This document shows, piece after piece, positions 8,741 through 20,227 of a DNA stretch of 64,000 bases. The stretch is from IMG/VR virus record IMGVR_UViG_3300035517_000267, positions 3,521 through 67,520 of that record; one strand, 5' to 3'. A program made the translations under genes and the position numbers. A model generated the notes under the pieces. The model had not been told where the DNA came from, did not search any database, and worked only from the letters and a program-made list of their open reading frames with translations. The first letter of the stretch is position 1. Each line of letters starts with the position of its first letter. Source of the DNA: a virus (taxonomy: Duplodnaviria > Heunggongvirae > Uroviricota > Caudoviricetes).

Positions 8741-10482
8741 GTTTAGAAAGCATACTTAATGTAACTTCTACAAAGAAAGTCGGCATTTCAGAAGAACGTA
8801 TCTTGCAAATAGTTCCAATAATGCGATAGTATATTGCTTTTTGGCGAGAATATCCCGATTTATTTGTGGACTTTATGCAAACTGGCGGAGACTATGAGAA
8901 GGAATTAACCTTCCATTTGTTCTGTTACTAGAGAGTTTTCTTGCGCATTGCGGCGAGGTATAAATACGTGTATGCTGTCTACCCGCGCGCGTACTCAAAG
9001 TCCTTCCTCTCAGTACTCATCCAAATGATACGATGTATCTTGTATCCTGGAGCTCATGTGTTCTCGACTGCTGGTGGCAAGGAGCAAGCTGCTTAGATAC
9101 TTTAGGAAAAGGTACAAGATATATGTGAAAAAATACCCGCTTTCCATAAAGAGATAGATTGGCGGAGAGGAAAAACACAAGAAGGAAAAGACCATTGTAA
9201 ATATATATTTAAGAATGGATCAGATTTTGAAAACATAGCCGCACGAGAAAGTTCTCGAGGCCGAAGAAAGCATGCAGGCTTGATAGAAGAGTGTGTAGGC
9301 GTGGATCAAGACATCCTTTAGCAAGTGTTGATCCCTATGATGAACGTGTCTCGTAGATGCCTTGATGGAAGCGTACAAGAAGATGAAGTTCTTAACTAGT
9401 CGTAGCTATACATTACGACTGCTGGCTACAAGAACACATTCAGTTATCAGAAACTTATTTAGACACTTGTTTAGATGATTATTGAGCCAGGAAAGGCTTT
9501 TGTTATGGGAGGAACTTATCGAATACCTGTTCTTATGGGTATGCTTAGTAAAAACTTCTATAACGATTTAAAGAACGATCCTACCTTTAATGAGGCAGGA
9601 TTTGAACGAGAATACTCGAGCAAGTGGACTGGAGTAGTAGAGGGTGCATTCTTCAATGGAGACAAGTTTGACCGCAATAGAATTCTCAACCAACCTGAGT
9701 ATGAGTATTCAGGTCGCTCGAGTGATAAAGGATATTATGTTATTGGCGTTGATGTTGGTAGAAAAGGATGCCAAACTGTTGCTACAATCATAAGAATTAT
9801 GCCTTAGCTCGAAGGTACTTCTATAAAAAACTTGGTTAATTTAATAGCAATTGATGAAGCACATTTTGAGGATTAGGCAATTGAATTAAAAAAATTATAT
9901 TATAAATATCGTGCGCGAAGACTGGTAATAGACGGCAATGGTCTTGGAGTAGGACTGCTAGATTACATGGTAAAAAGACAAACTACTCAAGATGGTGAGA
10001 CCTATCCCCCGTTTGGTGTTATAGGTGGAAATTATACTGATGCTGGTCAAGAATATAAGAAATTCCGCACAAATGATACAGAAGATGATGCTATTTATAT
10101 TATAAAAGCTAATGCTTCTTTTGATACAGTTGCTTATACAACTTTAAGGTCGCAAATAGATTCTGGTAAAATTAAATTTTTAATAGAAGAAAGAATAGCA
10201 AAATCTAAACTTCTTTCTCGTAAGGTAGGGCAAGCAATGACTCCTGAGCAACGAGCTGAATACCTTCTTCCGTATCAGCTAACAGACATTCTCAAGGAAG
10301 AAATGCAAAACCTTAGAGAAGAAAATGAAGGTATTAACATAAAATTAAAGCCTTATAACAGAAATATTTCTCACGATAAATTTTCTTCTTTGCTTTATGC
10401 AATTTACTATATACGCGAAGTAGAGGACATGAAGCTTAAAAAGAGGAAACATAATTTCTCAGAGTATATGTTTATTAGTTAA
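8737..10482 (+). CDS. terL: Terminase large subunit (581 aa, 11 in-frame TAG read as Gln)
   Basis: YQRVFLR, PRAYSKSF (Walker A variant), GLIEEC (Walker B), YITTAG, VIGVDVG and VIDGNGLG nuclease motifs in one frame; SPbeta YonF-like by recall. Confidence 0.9.
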
Positions 10483-10558
10483 GGCTTGGGTAAAATCAAA
10501 AAATTCACTTTACAGCTTTTTGGAATATAGTAAACGGAGTTAGAAAGGAGACTTATAA

Positions 10559-10915
10559 GTGTTAAGTTCTAGAGGCGAAATTAAAATTCATGAAATACTA
10601 GAAATGAATGGTGTCAACTTTAAAGAAGAGTATGAGTTTCCTGGACTCAAGGCTCCTAGTGGTAGAGCACTTCGCTTTGACTTTGCCGTATTTGATGATG
10701 ATGGGAATCTTGATTTCTTAATTGAATATCAAGGAAAACAACACTATCAAGCAGTAAGTAAATTTGGTGGGAATAGAGGATTATACCAACAAAAGTATAA
10801 TGACAACCTCAAAAGGCGATATTGTGCATTGAAAAATATAAAGTTAATAGAAATACCTTATAAAGAGGAAAACCTTATAACTTACGATTACATATTCCGA
10901 AAAGCTGGATATTAA
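10559..10915 (+). CDS. PD-(D/E)xK endonuclease, DUF559/Vsr-like
   Basis: E-x-KI...LRFDF...LIEYQGKQHY...D-x-x-KR motif pattern. Confidence 0.7.
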   Translation: MLSSRGEIKIHEILEMNGVNFKEEYEFPGLKAPSGRALRFDFAVFDDDGNLDFLIEYQGKQHYQAVSKFGGNRGLYQQKYNDNLKRRYCALKNIKLIEIPYKEENLITYDYIFRKAGY

Positions 10916-10928
10916 GGAGGTGAATTTC

Positions 10929-12449
10929 TTGTTAAAAAACAGACAACAACAAATTAAATCTAAAGGGTTTGATATGACAAGAGAAGAAAACTTTGCCTAG
11001 ATGAAAGTTGGGCTTCGTACTGTTGACAATTCCTCTATTAATCTTAATATTTAGAAAAAGATTAATCCTAATTTTGGCAATAAAACATATGTAATGCAAG
11101 CTATTTATCGTCACGATTATAAGACTTTGCGAGAAATATCCAATTATTATTATGAAAGCAATGGTATTTATTATAGACTTTGTCGCTATCTTGCCTATCT
11201 CTATAGGTACGATTGGTATGTAACACCTTATGTAACAGATGCGTCTAAAGAGAATGAAAACAAGATACTAAAAGACTTTTCTAAAGTATTAAGATATTTT
11301 GATAAATCTAATATAAAACACTTGTGCGGAAGTGTGGCTTTAGACATCATAAAGGAAGGTGTCTATTATGGCATAATCGTGGACTTTGAGGACAGTTTTT
11401 CTCTCTAGAAGTTACCAGCAGACTATTGCCGCAGCAGATATTATTCTGGAAGCGTGCCGGTGGTAGAATTAAATTTACAATTTTTTGACAGTTATTTTGC
11501 CAATCCGCAATACAAGATTAAAGTCCTTAAAACTTTTCCCAAAGAAATCCAATAGGCTTATGTCTTATATAAACAAGGCAAGCTTAAAGGAGACTATCCA
11601 GGAGACCTAAGTTGCTGGATAGCATTGGATCCCGCAATTTCTGTCAAGCTTAATCTGGGGGACTCTGAATGTCCTTCACTTGCTGGGGTAATTCCGTCTA
11701 TTATTGACTTGGACCAAGCTCAAGAGCTAGATCGGCAAAAAACTATGCAGCAATTAACTAAAATTCTTGTACAGAAACTTCCTCTTGATAAAAATGGCGA
11801 TTTAATTTTTGACGTGGATGAAGCAAGAGATATTCACAATAACGCAGTTGCGATGCTTAAAAAAGGCGTAGGAATAGAAGTTTTAACTACCTTTGCGGAT
11901 GTTGAGAAGATAGACACAAAGGATTCAAATTCTTCTACTACTACTGATGACTTAGAAAAAGTTGAAAGAACAGTTTTCAATAATTCTGGCATATCTCGTA
12001 ACCTATTTAATGCAGATGGCAACTTGGCTGTAACTAACTCTATTTTAAATGACGAAGCTAGTATTAGGGATATACCCATATTACTAGAAAGTATGTTAAA
12101 TAGAATAGCAGAAAAGTTTGGTCGTAAAAATCATTATGACTTTAGAGTTGAAATGCTTGAAACCACACAGTATAATTATAAAGATTTGGCTAAGCTTTAT
12201 AAAGAACATACTCAACTTGGATATAATAAAATGTTGCCGCAAATTGCTCTTGGGCACTCTCAATCGAGCATTTTAGCAACTATGACTTTTGAAAACGAAT
12301 TCTTACATTTAGCGGACATTATGAAACCTCCCATCACTAGTAATAATATTAGTAACAAGACTACTAGTAACGATGGAGCAGGACGTCCCGCAAAAGAAGA
12401 ATCTGAAAAAGCAGATAAAACAATAGCCAATTAGGAAAGTTTATCATAA
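10929..12449 (+). CDS. Portal protein (506 aa, 5 TAG)
   Basis: Fragments 11094 and 11625 are in frame with TTG 10929 (GGAGG RBS); true stop TAA 12447-12449; position between terL and scaffold. Confidence 0.8.
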
Positions 12450-12461
12450 GGAGGAATAATT

Positions 12462-13700
12462 GTGTATATAAGTGTTCCTAAAGAGAATACAATGGAATAT
12501 ATAAACAATACTCAAATTTCTCCCTTGATTAGCAAAGGTGTTTGTAAAGTATGTTATGTTGGGCAAGACCCCAATAGAAATGGTACTGTTATTACCAAAG
12601 AAGTGGCTGCTGAAATGGGGCGTAAGCTTCCTGGTTCACCTGTTGTTGGCTTCTTCAATAAAGAAAACAAGGATTTTGAAGGGCATAATAGAGAATTAAT
12701 AATTGAGGGCGGAAAGTTTGAGATAGTTGATGTAACAAAGCCTTATGGTTTTGTTCCTACTGATGCAGATGTTTGGTTTGAAAAATTTGATGATGAAGGT
12801 ATTGAGCATGAGTATCTTTGTACCGAAGTTTATATCTGGACTGGGGCTTACCCTGAGTCAAAGAGGATTCTTGAGCATGGGAACAATCAATCCATGGAGT
12901 TAGACCCCGACACATCAACAGGTTTTTGGACAAACATAGATAATTCAACAGAAACATTTTTTATTTACAATGAAGCATTAATAAAAAAATTATGTATTCT
13001 AGGCGAAAATGTAGAGCCTTGTTTTGAGGGCGCTCAGATCAAGACTGAATTTTCCTTAGAAAACAGCACGGAGTTCCAAGAGCTTAAAGCTCTTGTATAT
13101 TCTATGCTACAAGATACTTTAAGTGAAGGAGGCTCGCAAGACCCTATGGAAAATAACGAAGTTATAAAGGCCGAGGAATCTATCGAGGAAGTAACTAATT
13201 TCGAGAAGCAAGATGAAGAGGTCAAAGAGGAAGAGACTCCCGCAGCAGAGGAGAAGTCCGAAGAGGAAGAGGATGAAAAGAAACCCTCTCCCAATAATGC
13301 TTGCGGCGACCAAGACAAGAAGAAAGATTATGAGCTTGAGTATAATGAGCTTAAGTCTCAGTTCGATCAACTGCAAACTACTTATAATGCACTTGTTGAG
13401 GAAGTTGAATCCCTTAGAGAATTTAAGCTTGTTACCGACCGTCAGAATAAGCAGAGTATGATTGATAGCTTTTATATGTTAACCGAGGAAGATAAGGCAG
13501 ATGTTATTACTAACATTGATACTTATTCTCTCGATGATATAGAAGCAAAGCTTTCTATTCTTTGTGTTAGGAACAAGGTTAATTTCAATCTTGAAGAGCA
13601 GGAAGAAAATCCTGCAACACTTTTTAATTTAAATAATATTGAAACTGATAACACGCCTGAATGGATTAAGGCTGTTAGGAATACTGCGCATCAGCAGTAA
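12462..13700 (+). CDS. Prohead protease/scaffold protein (412 aa)
   Basis: N-terminal protease-like domain (PNRNG...HEY...CILG..VEPCF) plus acidic coiled-coil C-terminus; position. Confidence 0.7.
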   Translation: MYISVPKENTMEYINNTQISPLISKGVCKVCYVGQDPNRNGTVITKEVAAEMGRKLPGSPVVGFFNKENKDFEGHNRELIIEGGKFEIVDVTKPYGFVPTDADVWFEKFDDEGIEHEYLCTEVYIWTGAYPESKRILEHGNNQSMELDPDTSTGFWTNIDNSTETFFIYNEALIKKLCILGENVEPCFEGAQIKTEFSLENSTEFQELKALVYSMLQDTLSEGGSQDPMENNEVIKAEESIEEVTNFEKQDEEVKEEETPAAEEKSEEEEDEKKPSPNNACGDQDKKKDYELEYNELKSQFDQLQTTYNALVEEVESLREFKLVTDRQNKQSMIDSFYMLTEEDKADVITNIDTYSLDDIEAKLSILCVRNKVNFNLEEQEENPATLFNLNNIETDNTPEWIKAVRNTAHQQ

Positions 13701-13721
13701 GAATATAAGGAGGATTAAAAA

Positions 13722-14384
13722 ATGGCTAGAAGTAATATGAGCCAGGCGAAGTATGTCGCTCGTGGATACGGTCAAGTAGAGCCTAACTTTCTGACCGCTC
13801 CCCGTAATGGTCAAGTTTATGGTCAGCTTCCTGCTGCCAAGGATATTGACATTCTTGAGAATGGTCAATTTGTTAAGTATGATTATGTGAATGGTGTCTG
13901 CAACTTTGATGGCGAGGGCGCCTGGAGACTTGTTTTTAACGAGGTTAAGATTTATCGTGATCGCGAGACCGATGCAGATTTCGCCATGATTAAGGATAAC
14001 TATAATGCTCGTGTTTACAGCCCTGTCGGTCAGTCTAGTTCTGATCTTAAGGATGTTGCCGGCGGCGATGGTCTTGTTCGTGAAGGTACTTCCGATCCCT
14101 ACTCTGTGACCATTGGCACTTACGCTTATGGCTCTCTGATGCCGGAAGGCACTAAGATGGTTCCCCGTGTTATGGCGGTTCCTGTCGGTGACATTTTCAC
14201 TACCAATATGATTAATGCCGAGGCTACTGAGCTTGAAGTTGGCACTGCCCTCAAGATTGGTGACAAGGGCATACTTGAGGTTGGTACTGCCGCTGGCGGC
14301 GACGCAGACCCCATTTTTAAGGTTGTTAAAGTTTATACGATGCCTGACCTTCAGCCTGGCGTGAAGATTCAGCGCATAGCGTAA
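13722..14384 (+). CDS. Head structural/decoration protein (220 aa)
   Basis: Between scaffold and major capsid gene; shares their biased codon usage. Confidence 0.6.
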   Translation: MARSNMSQAKYVARGYGQVEPNFLTAPRNGQVYGQLPAAKDIDILENGQFVKYDYVNGVCNFDGEGAWRLVFNEVKIYRDRETDADFAMIKDNYNARVYSPVGQSSSDLKDVAGGDGLVREGTSDPYSVTIGTYAYGSLMPEGTKMVPRVMAVPVGDIFTTNMINAEATELEVGTALKIGDKGILEVGTAAGGDADPIFKVVKVYTMPDLQPGVKIQRIA

Positions 14385-14402
14385 TGAAAGGAGCGATTTA
14401 TA

Positions 14403-15443
14403 ATGTTAGATAAGGCTAATTTACTTACCCTGATGAAGACTGTAGCCGCGGCTAACCCCTCCGGCAATTACAGCTATAATGGCGAGAGTTTTAATTACTC
14501 CGCCCTGAATGATACTCTTCGCAACGAGCTGAATGAGCTTGTTGGTAGTATTGACCTTTATGAAGAGAATAAGCGCACTCTGTTCACTCTTATTGAGCAG
14601 ACTATGGACGAGGTTGTTCCTAATCGTCTGATTGACGCTTATGGTCAGTTTGCAGAAATTAAGACCTTTGGTCAGAGCGAGAAGCCTGTTTTCAGACGTC
14701 GCACTGGTCATACTCGCGCTAAGCAGTTTGTTACTCGCGTTGGTCTTGCTGGTGTTTATGAGAGCTTTAAGCTGGGTGAGGAAAGCTTCGAGTTCGGTAC
14801 CAGCGCGATTGGCGCTTCCGCACAAATTGGCTTCGAGGAATTCCTTGATGGTCGCGTGAACTTTGCTGAGCTTACTCAAATCATCATGGATGGCATGGAT
14901 GAACTTATTTATCGTGAGATTGCCCAAGCTCTCATGGCATCTGTTAACCAACTGCCTGCGGCTAACCGCGTTACCGCAGCTGGCTTTGACGAGGGTTCTC
15001 TTGATTATCTTGTTCAGACTGCATCTGCTTATGGTACTCCTACTATTTACTGCACCCGTGAGTTTGCAGTTAAGATAATTCCTGAGACCGGCTGGGTTTC
15101 TGACGCGATGAAGGATGCTCGCTGGAACACTGGCTATCTTGCCAACTACAAGGGCACCCGAGTTGTTATTCTTCCTCAGACTTTGGAGGATGAGTCCAAT
15201 AGCCGTAAAATGATTGATCCGGGCTATTGCTGGGTCATTCCGACCGGTTCCAACAATCGTCCTGTCAAGGTTGCCTTTGAGGGCACTACTCATGTTCGTG
15301 AGCGTAATGACAAGGATGACTGGTCTAGAGATATTCAGGTTTATCGTAAGGTTGGTGTTGGTGTCATGATGACCAACAACATCTTCTCTTATGTTGATAC
15401 CGAGCTGCTTGGTCAGCTTGATAATGTCGCTCCCCAGGGCTAA
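14403..15443 (+). CDS. Major capsid protein (346 aa)
   Basis: Size, position, strongly biased codon usage, downstream terminator; no TAG. Confidence 0.8.
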   Translation: MLDKANLLTLMKTVAAANPSGNYSYNGESFNYSALNDTLRNELNELVGSIDLYEENKRTLFTLIEQTMDEVVPNRLIDAYGQFAEIKTFGQSEKPVFRRRTGHTRAKQFVTRVGLAGVYESFKLGEESFEFGTSAIGASAQIGFEEFLDGRVNFAELTQIIMDGMDELIYREIAQALMASVNQLPAANRVTAAGFDEGSLDYLVQTASAYGTPTIYCTREFAVKIIPETGWVSDAMKDARWNTGYLANYKGTRVVILPQTLEDESNSRKMIDPGYCWVIPTGSNNRPVKVAFEGTTHVRERNDKDDWSRDIQVYRKVGVGVMMTNNIFSYVDTELLGQLDNVAPQG

Positions 15444-15460
15444 GCGATAATTTTTCTTAG

Positions 15461-15487
15461 AGGGGTAGATTAATTTCTACCCCTTTG
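15461..15487 (+). terminator. Intrinsic terminator after major capsid gene
   Basis: AGGGGTAGA-ttaatt-TCTACCCCT followed by TT. Confidence 0.65.
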
Positions 15488-15512
15488 AGACAAGGAGAAA
15501 AAGGAGTTTAAA

Positions 15513-16058
15513 ATGAAAGAGTTTTGTAATGTTACTAATAAGAGTGCTGGTAGAGTTGTTTACTCTCTCAAAGAGGATGGAATTCGTAGAGTTTTCTTCC
15601 CTAGAGAAACCAAGCGCGATATGTCGGTTGCGGAATTAAACAAGCTTGTTCAGCAACCTGGCGGTTTAACTTTAATATATAATTATTTACTGATTGACGA
15701 TAAAGAGGTACTTAGATACCTTATTAATGGTAAGGAAGCTCCTGAGTATTGGATTACTGAGGAAGAAATTCCGACTTGGATGAATGAATGTTCTTTAGCT
15801 GAATTTCAAGATGCACTTGATTTTGCTCCTGCTGGAACAATAGATTTAATTAAGCAATATGCGGTTTCTTTACCTTTAAACGATTATGCGAAACGTCAAG
15901 CGATAAAAGAGCAACTTGGTTATGATGTAACTAAGGTCATTGAAAACAGTGGCGAGGAAGTCGCAGAGAATACTTCTGCCAAGGCTACTATTGCTCGTAG
16001 AGTTACAGTTGAAGAAGATTCTACTCCTAAGCGTAGGGTAGTTATAGCCGAAGATTAA
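15513..16058 (+). CDS. Hypothetical head/neck protein (181 aa)
   Basis: ORF track; AAGGAG RBS. Confidence 0.7.
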   Translation: MKEFCNVTNKSAGRVVYSLKEDGIRRVFFPRETKRDMSVAELNKLVQQPGGLTLIYNYLLIDDKEVLRYLINGKEAPEYWITEEEIPTWMNECSLAEFQDALDFAPAGTIDLIKQYAVSLPLNDYAKRQAIKEQLGYDVTKVIENSGEEVAENTSAKATIARRVTVEEDSTPKRRVVIAED

Positions 16059-16073
16059 AAAGGGGGAATCAAC

Positions 16074-16598
16074 ATGAGTGAATATCCCATTCATGGTGAC
16101 GCAACTTCTTTTGAAGAAATATATGATAGATTTCTGGGGAAAATAACAGATGATATGTATCTTAGCGCAGAAAGCGATGGTTTAGGCACTTGGACAAGAG
16201 AAGATACAATGAAAGATTTAAAGAATATCTTTATAGATGCTATCCCTGGATTTGAATTTCCTAGGTTTCCGCTTTACGATTTTGATTTAGATGCAGAAAC
16301 TTACAACTGTCACCTTACTTCGGAAGAAATTAATATTATAGCTTTACTAATGTATAACACTTGGCTTTAGCGTCAAGTTGCTTCCATCGAGAATATCCGA
16401 ATGAAATACTCGAGCTCAGATTACAAAATGACCAGCTAGGCCAATCATTTAGCCAAGCTTTTAGAACTTAAAAAAGAGGCTGAGCGTCAAGCCCATCATA
16501 TGCAACGTCTCTATAAGCGTAGAAAACTTATTGATGATAAGGGTTCTATTAAATCTAATTGGTCTACTTTAATAGAAACAAGTGCGCTCGATGGATAA
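16074..16598 (+). CDS. Head-tail adaptor-like protein (174 aa, 2 TAG)
   Basis: Readthrough gives ...MTSQANHLAKLLELK...; ends TAA; role inferred from position. Confidence 0.65.
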
Positions 16599-16893
16599 GT
16601 ATAATATTAACTTTCCTCAAGAAACAAGAGATCAAGATTTAAAGCGATTAATCAACCAGCTCTGGAAGCTTATTCCAATGAAAGAAAACGATGAAGATTG
16701 GTTAAATCATTTAAATATTTTAATACAAGAAATAAGCGGACTAGTTGAGATATATAAGGATAAGCCGGAGGGGCTTATCCTTTTGTCTAAGTTAGAGGGC
16801 TTAACCTCAAGTGTCTGTGATGATTTCATGCTTTATAGAAAAACTGTATTTAGATGTATAGACCTATTGGCGTAGGTGATTAAATATGAATAA
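16591..16893 (+). CDS. Hypothetical protein (100 aa, 1 TAG)
   Basis: Overlaps both neighbours; true stop TAA 16891-16893. Confidence 0.6.
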
Positions 16894-17863
16894 TCTTGAT
16901 ATGATGGGTAAAAGACTTAATTTTCTTGGCGGAGTCCGACAAGAAGATAGAATGATACAAGGTAAGTTACAAACTTTACAAAGAGTATTAGCTTATTCTT
17001 ATTAGGCTAGTACAATATAGCTTGTCTAGTCTGCGGACTCAACTTTAACTGCGGACGGAGGCTCTAGAGCGCTTGATGTCAAGCCTATTAGAGCTTTAAT
17101 TAATCCCGATAAGTTAAAACAAGACTATGACGATAAAACTATTTCTCTCGAATATGGATATCTTAATCCGGGTGATGTTTTTGAATGGAAGAAAACTGAT
17201 ACTTATTGGATTTCTTATTTAAGGGAAATAACCGAAGATGCTTATTATCGCAGTGCTATAAGGCGTTGTCGATATATTATAAAATTTAAAGATACTAATG
17301 GCGAGGTTCATGCTACATGGGCTGCTATAAGAGGTCCTGTAGAAACTTAGATTGATTACATTCAAAAAAATCAAATAAGTATAGATAGACCAAACCTTAG
17401 TTTAAATATTCTTTTGCCTAAGAATTCTAAAACCGTAGAAGCTTTTGACAGATATAAAGAGTTTTTGCTTGATGGACGTTGTTGGCGAGTTGAAGCCATA
17501 GATGGAATCAGCATGGAAGGTATTTTAGAAGTTAATGCAGAAGAATATTATATAAATAGAGAACATGACGATTTAGAAAATGAAATTGTTGATGGATTAT
17601 TAGTAGAGAAGATAGATCCGACTCCTGGCTCCGAGATTCAAGGTGAGACGTTCATCAAACCGCGAATCCCGCAAACTTATACTATAGACAAAGAGGGCGG
17701 AACTTGGTCTGTGTCCAAGCAATATCCTGTAACAATTCTTTCATTTGATGATAAGTCTGTTGAGTTAATATGGAATAAGTCTACACATGGTGAATTTTCT
17801 TTAACTTGGACTAACAATGACTTAGTTGTAGAAAAGCAAATTGTAGTAGAGTCTCTGTTTTAA
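16886..17863 (+). CDS. Head-closure/neck-type structural protein (325 aa, code 15)
   Basis: ATG 16886 in frame with fragment 17414; role from position. Confidence 0.6.
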
Positions 17864-17875
17864 AGAGGTGAGAAG

Positions 17876-18412
17876 ATGAAGAAAAATCAATATGAATTTC
17901 CAAAATCTGCCTTATTGGGTATGCCCAAAGATGCCTCTTTAATAATGGGAAGAATATTATCTAATTAGAATGTTTTAAAATTGCTTGCTTATGATTGCCG
18001 AGATTGGGAAAGCAAACCCAAGGTAACAAGTGAGCAAATAACAGAGATGTTTAACACCAAATAGATTTCTTGTGTTCCTAAATTAGAGGTAAATAAAGAA
18101 CAAAAAACTTATTTGCGGTTGACTTATGGCTCAATGACGCGAAATAGTTCTAATCCTGAATATAGAGATAATTCTTTTGGAATAGATATTATATGTCATT
18201 ATGATGCTTGGCAACTTGATGATTATGAAATGCGTCCTTATAGAATAGCTGGCGAGATAGATTCTATGCTAGATAAAACTCATTTAACTGGTATCGGAAA
18301 GTTAGAATTTGTTTCTGCCATTCCCGCAATATACGATGATGAGTTTGCGGGTATTTCACTTACCTATATAGCAATTAGAGGTAATGAAGATAAGGTGAAT
18401 CCGCTTGAATGA
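17876..18412 (+). CDS. Tail-completion/terminator-like protein (178 aa, 2 TAG)
   Basis: ATG 17876 in frame with fragment 18113; role from position. Confidence 0.6.
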
Positions 18413-19139
18413 TACTAATTTAAGGCTGATAACAGGAAGCGACATACCGTTTCCCGCACTTCAAATTTCTATTCATTCTCCTACTATAAAAGAGATTGCT
18501 CTTATGGGAGAAACAGAGTTCTTTGAAGCTGTATAGCTCATTTGTTTAAAAAAAGAAAATCTAATCGAGGACAAGCTTGTTTTATCTGCTGTTACCAATT
18601 TTTAGGTATTGATGAAAGTATTAGAGCAATCAAAGAAAAAATCTATTGTGTTGATATTGCTTAATTTACTATTTCCTAAATATACGGTTATTATAACTAA
18701 AAATTCAATTATTTTGAATATGACTGAGCCTTAGCAAACTATTCTTATTGACGAGAATAATTTTGATGATTTTCAAGAAATTATTGGAGAGGTTTTGTGC
18801 ATCAAAACTCTTTTTCCATCTGATGTTAATTACAAGCCTGTCAACGCAGCGGCGCGTAAAATTGCCGAAAAGTTGGCAGCAAGTAGAAAAAAGGTAGCTA
18901 AACAAAAAGGCGAAGGAGAAGGAGATAGTGTTTTAACTAGATACATATCTATATTAACTGTTGCTCAAGTAGTTTCTATAACTGAATGTTTAGAGCTTAA
19001 TTTGTTTCAGTTATTTGATTTATTAGATAGGTATATGGCTTATACCGAATGGCGTACCGACCAAGAGGTTAGACTCGCGGGAGGTAAGCCCGAAGAAAAA
19101 GTTGAATCTTGGATGCGGAATTTGCATCCGAATAATTAA
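18405..19139 (+). CDS. Hypothetical tail-region protein (244 aa, 3 TAG)
   Basis: TTG 18405 after AAGGTG, in frame with fragment 18795. Confidence 0.6.
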
Positions 19140-19153
19140 GGAGGAAATACATT

Positions 19154-20071
19154 ATGAGATTCGGTTCTAGAGAAATTTGTGATGTCGTGTTCCGCGCGAA
19201 GTCTAAGATGACGCTCGGCAATCGTACATTCTATAAGAACGATCCGGTTCTTTACTTTGAAACCTTAAAGACTTCCAGCCTTGAAGGCGCTACTTCTACT
19301 GTTTATGCCCAGGGTGGCAAGGGCAATGCTCGCCTGATTGCATGGGACGGCGACAGAACGCTGACTCTGAATATGGAAGATGCTCTTCTTACTCTGGAAA
19401 GCCTTTCTATTCTGGCTGGCGCTGATCTGACTTCTGCTACTAAGGAGAAGCCCATTTATGTTCACACCACGACTCAGGTTCAAGCTTCTGCTGAGAATAC
19501 CATTATTCTTGATGCTATTGCTTGCCAAAACCTGAATAAGGATCTTGATAACTACAATGCCAATGCTGATATTTTCTGCATGGTTCTGAGTGATTCTGGT
19601 GAGGTTGAGGTTGAGCCTTGCCGTCCTTCTGCTGTTGCTTATGGTGATGACCAGACGACTATTACTTGCTTTGCAGATGGTACTGGTACCAAGCTTGAAG
19701 AAGGCGCTATTGTTCTTGTTGATTATTATGTCAAGAAGGAAACCAATGCTGCTACTATTGAGATTACCGCAGATGTTGCAAGTAAGAATTTCTATATCGA
19801 AGGTTCTACTCTGTATCGTCGTGAGTCCGATGGCTATGATATGCCTGCAGAGTTCATTGTTCCGAATGGTAAGGTTCAGTCTAACTTCACGGTTAGCATG
19901 GCTTCCACCGGTGATCCCAGTACCTTTAGCTTTGTTGTCGATGCCTTCCCTGATTATACCAAGTTTGATAAGACCAAGAAGGTTCTCGCAGCCATTCAGG
20001 TTATTACTGGTGGAGAAGATGAAGGCGACACCGACCCTCGTGGCGAGTGCGGGGAGACCCTGGGGGAATAA
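19154..20071 (+). CDS. Major tail tube protein (305 aa), with possible -1 frameshift extension to 20169
   Basis: Codon bias like the capsid gene, position, terminator; ends ...G GGG GAA TAA. Confidence 0.75.
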   Translation: MRFGSREICDVVFRAKSKMTLGNRTFYKNDPVLYFETLKTSSLEGATSTVYAQGGKGNARLIAWDGDRTLTLNMEDALLTLESLSILAGADLTSATKEKPIYVHTTTQVQASAENTIILDAIACQNLNKDLDNYNANADIFCMVLSDSGEVEVEPCRPSAVAYGDDQTTITCFADGTGTKLEEGAIVLVDYYVKKETNAATIEITADVASKNFYIEGSTLYRRESDGYDMPAEFIVPNGKVQSNFTVSMASTGDPSTFSFVVDAFPDYTKFDKTKKVLAAIQVITGGEDEGDTDPRGECGETLGE

Positions 20072-20173
20072 CATCTCCCGAGGATAACCAGGAGAATAAA
20101 CAAAGTGATACCACAGAATTAAATGACGAGCAACCTAGCTCTGTCATTGATACTGATTCTCACGAATAATTTC

Positions 20174-20205
20174 AAAGGGAGAGATGTAATGTCTCTCCCT
20201 TTTTT
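20174..20205 (+). terminator. Intrinsic terminator
   Basis: AAAGGGAGAGA-loop-TCTCTCCCTTTTTT. Confidence 0.8.
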
Positions 20206-20227
20206 GCTTTATAAAGGAGGATTCTAA

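Noticed and set aside
14421-15293. Long antisense ORFs (290 aa here; 269 aa at 19265-20074; 165-aa alternative frame at 19590-20087)
   Set aside because: Shadows of strongly codon-biased capsid and tail genes; no RBS or recognisable motifs
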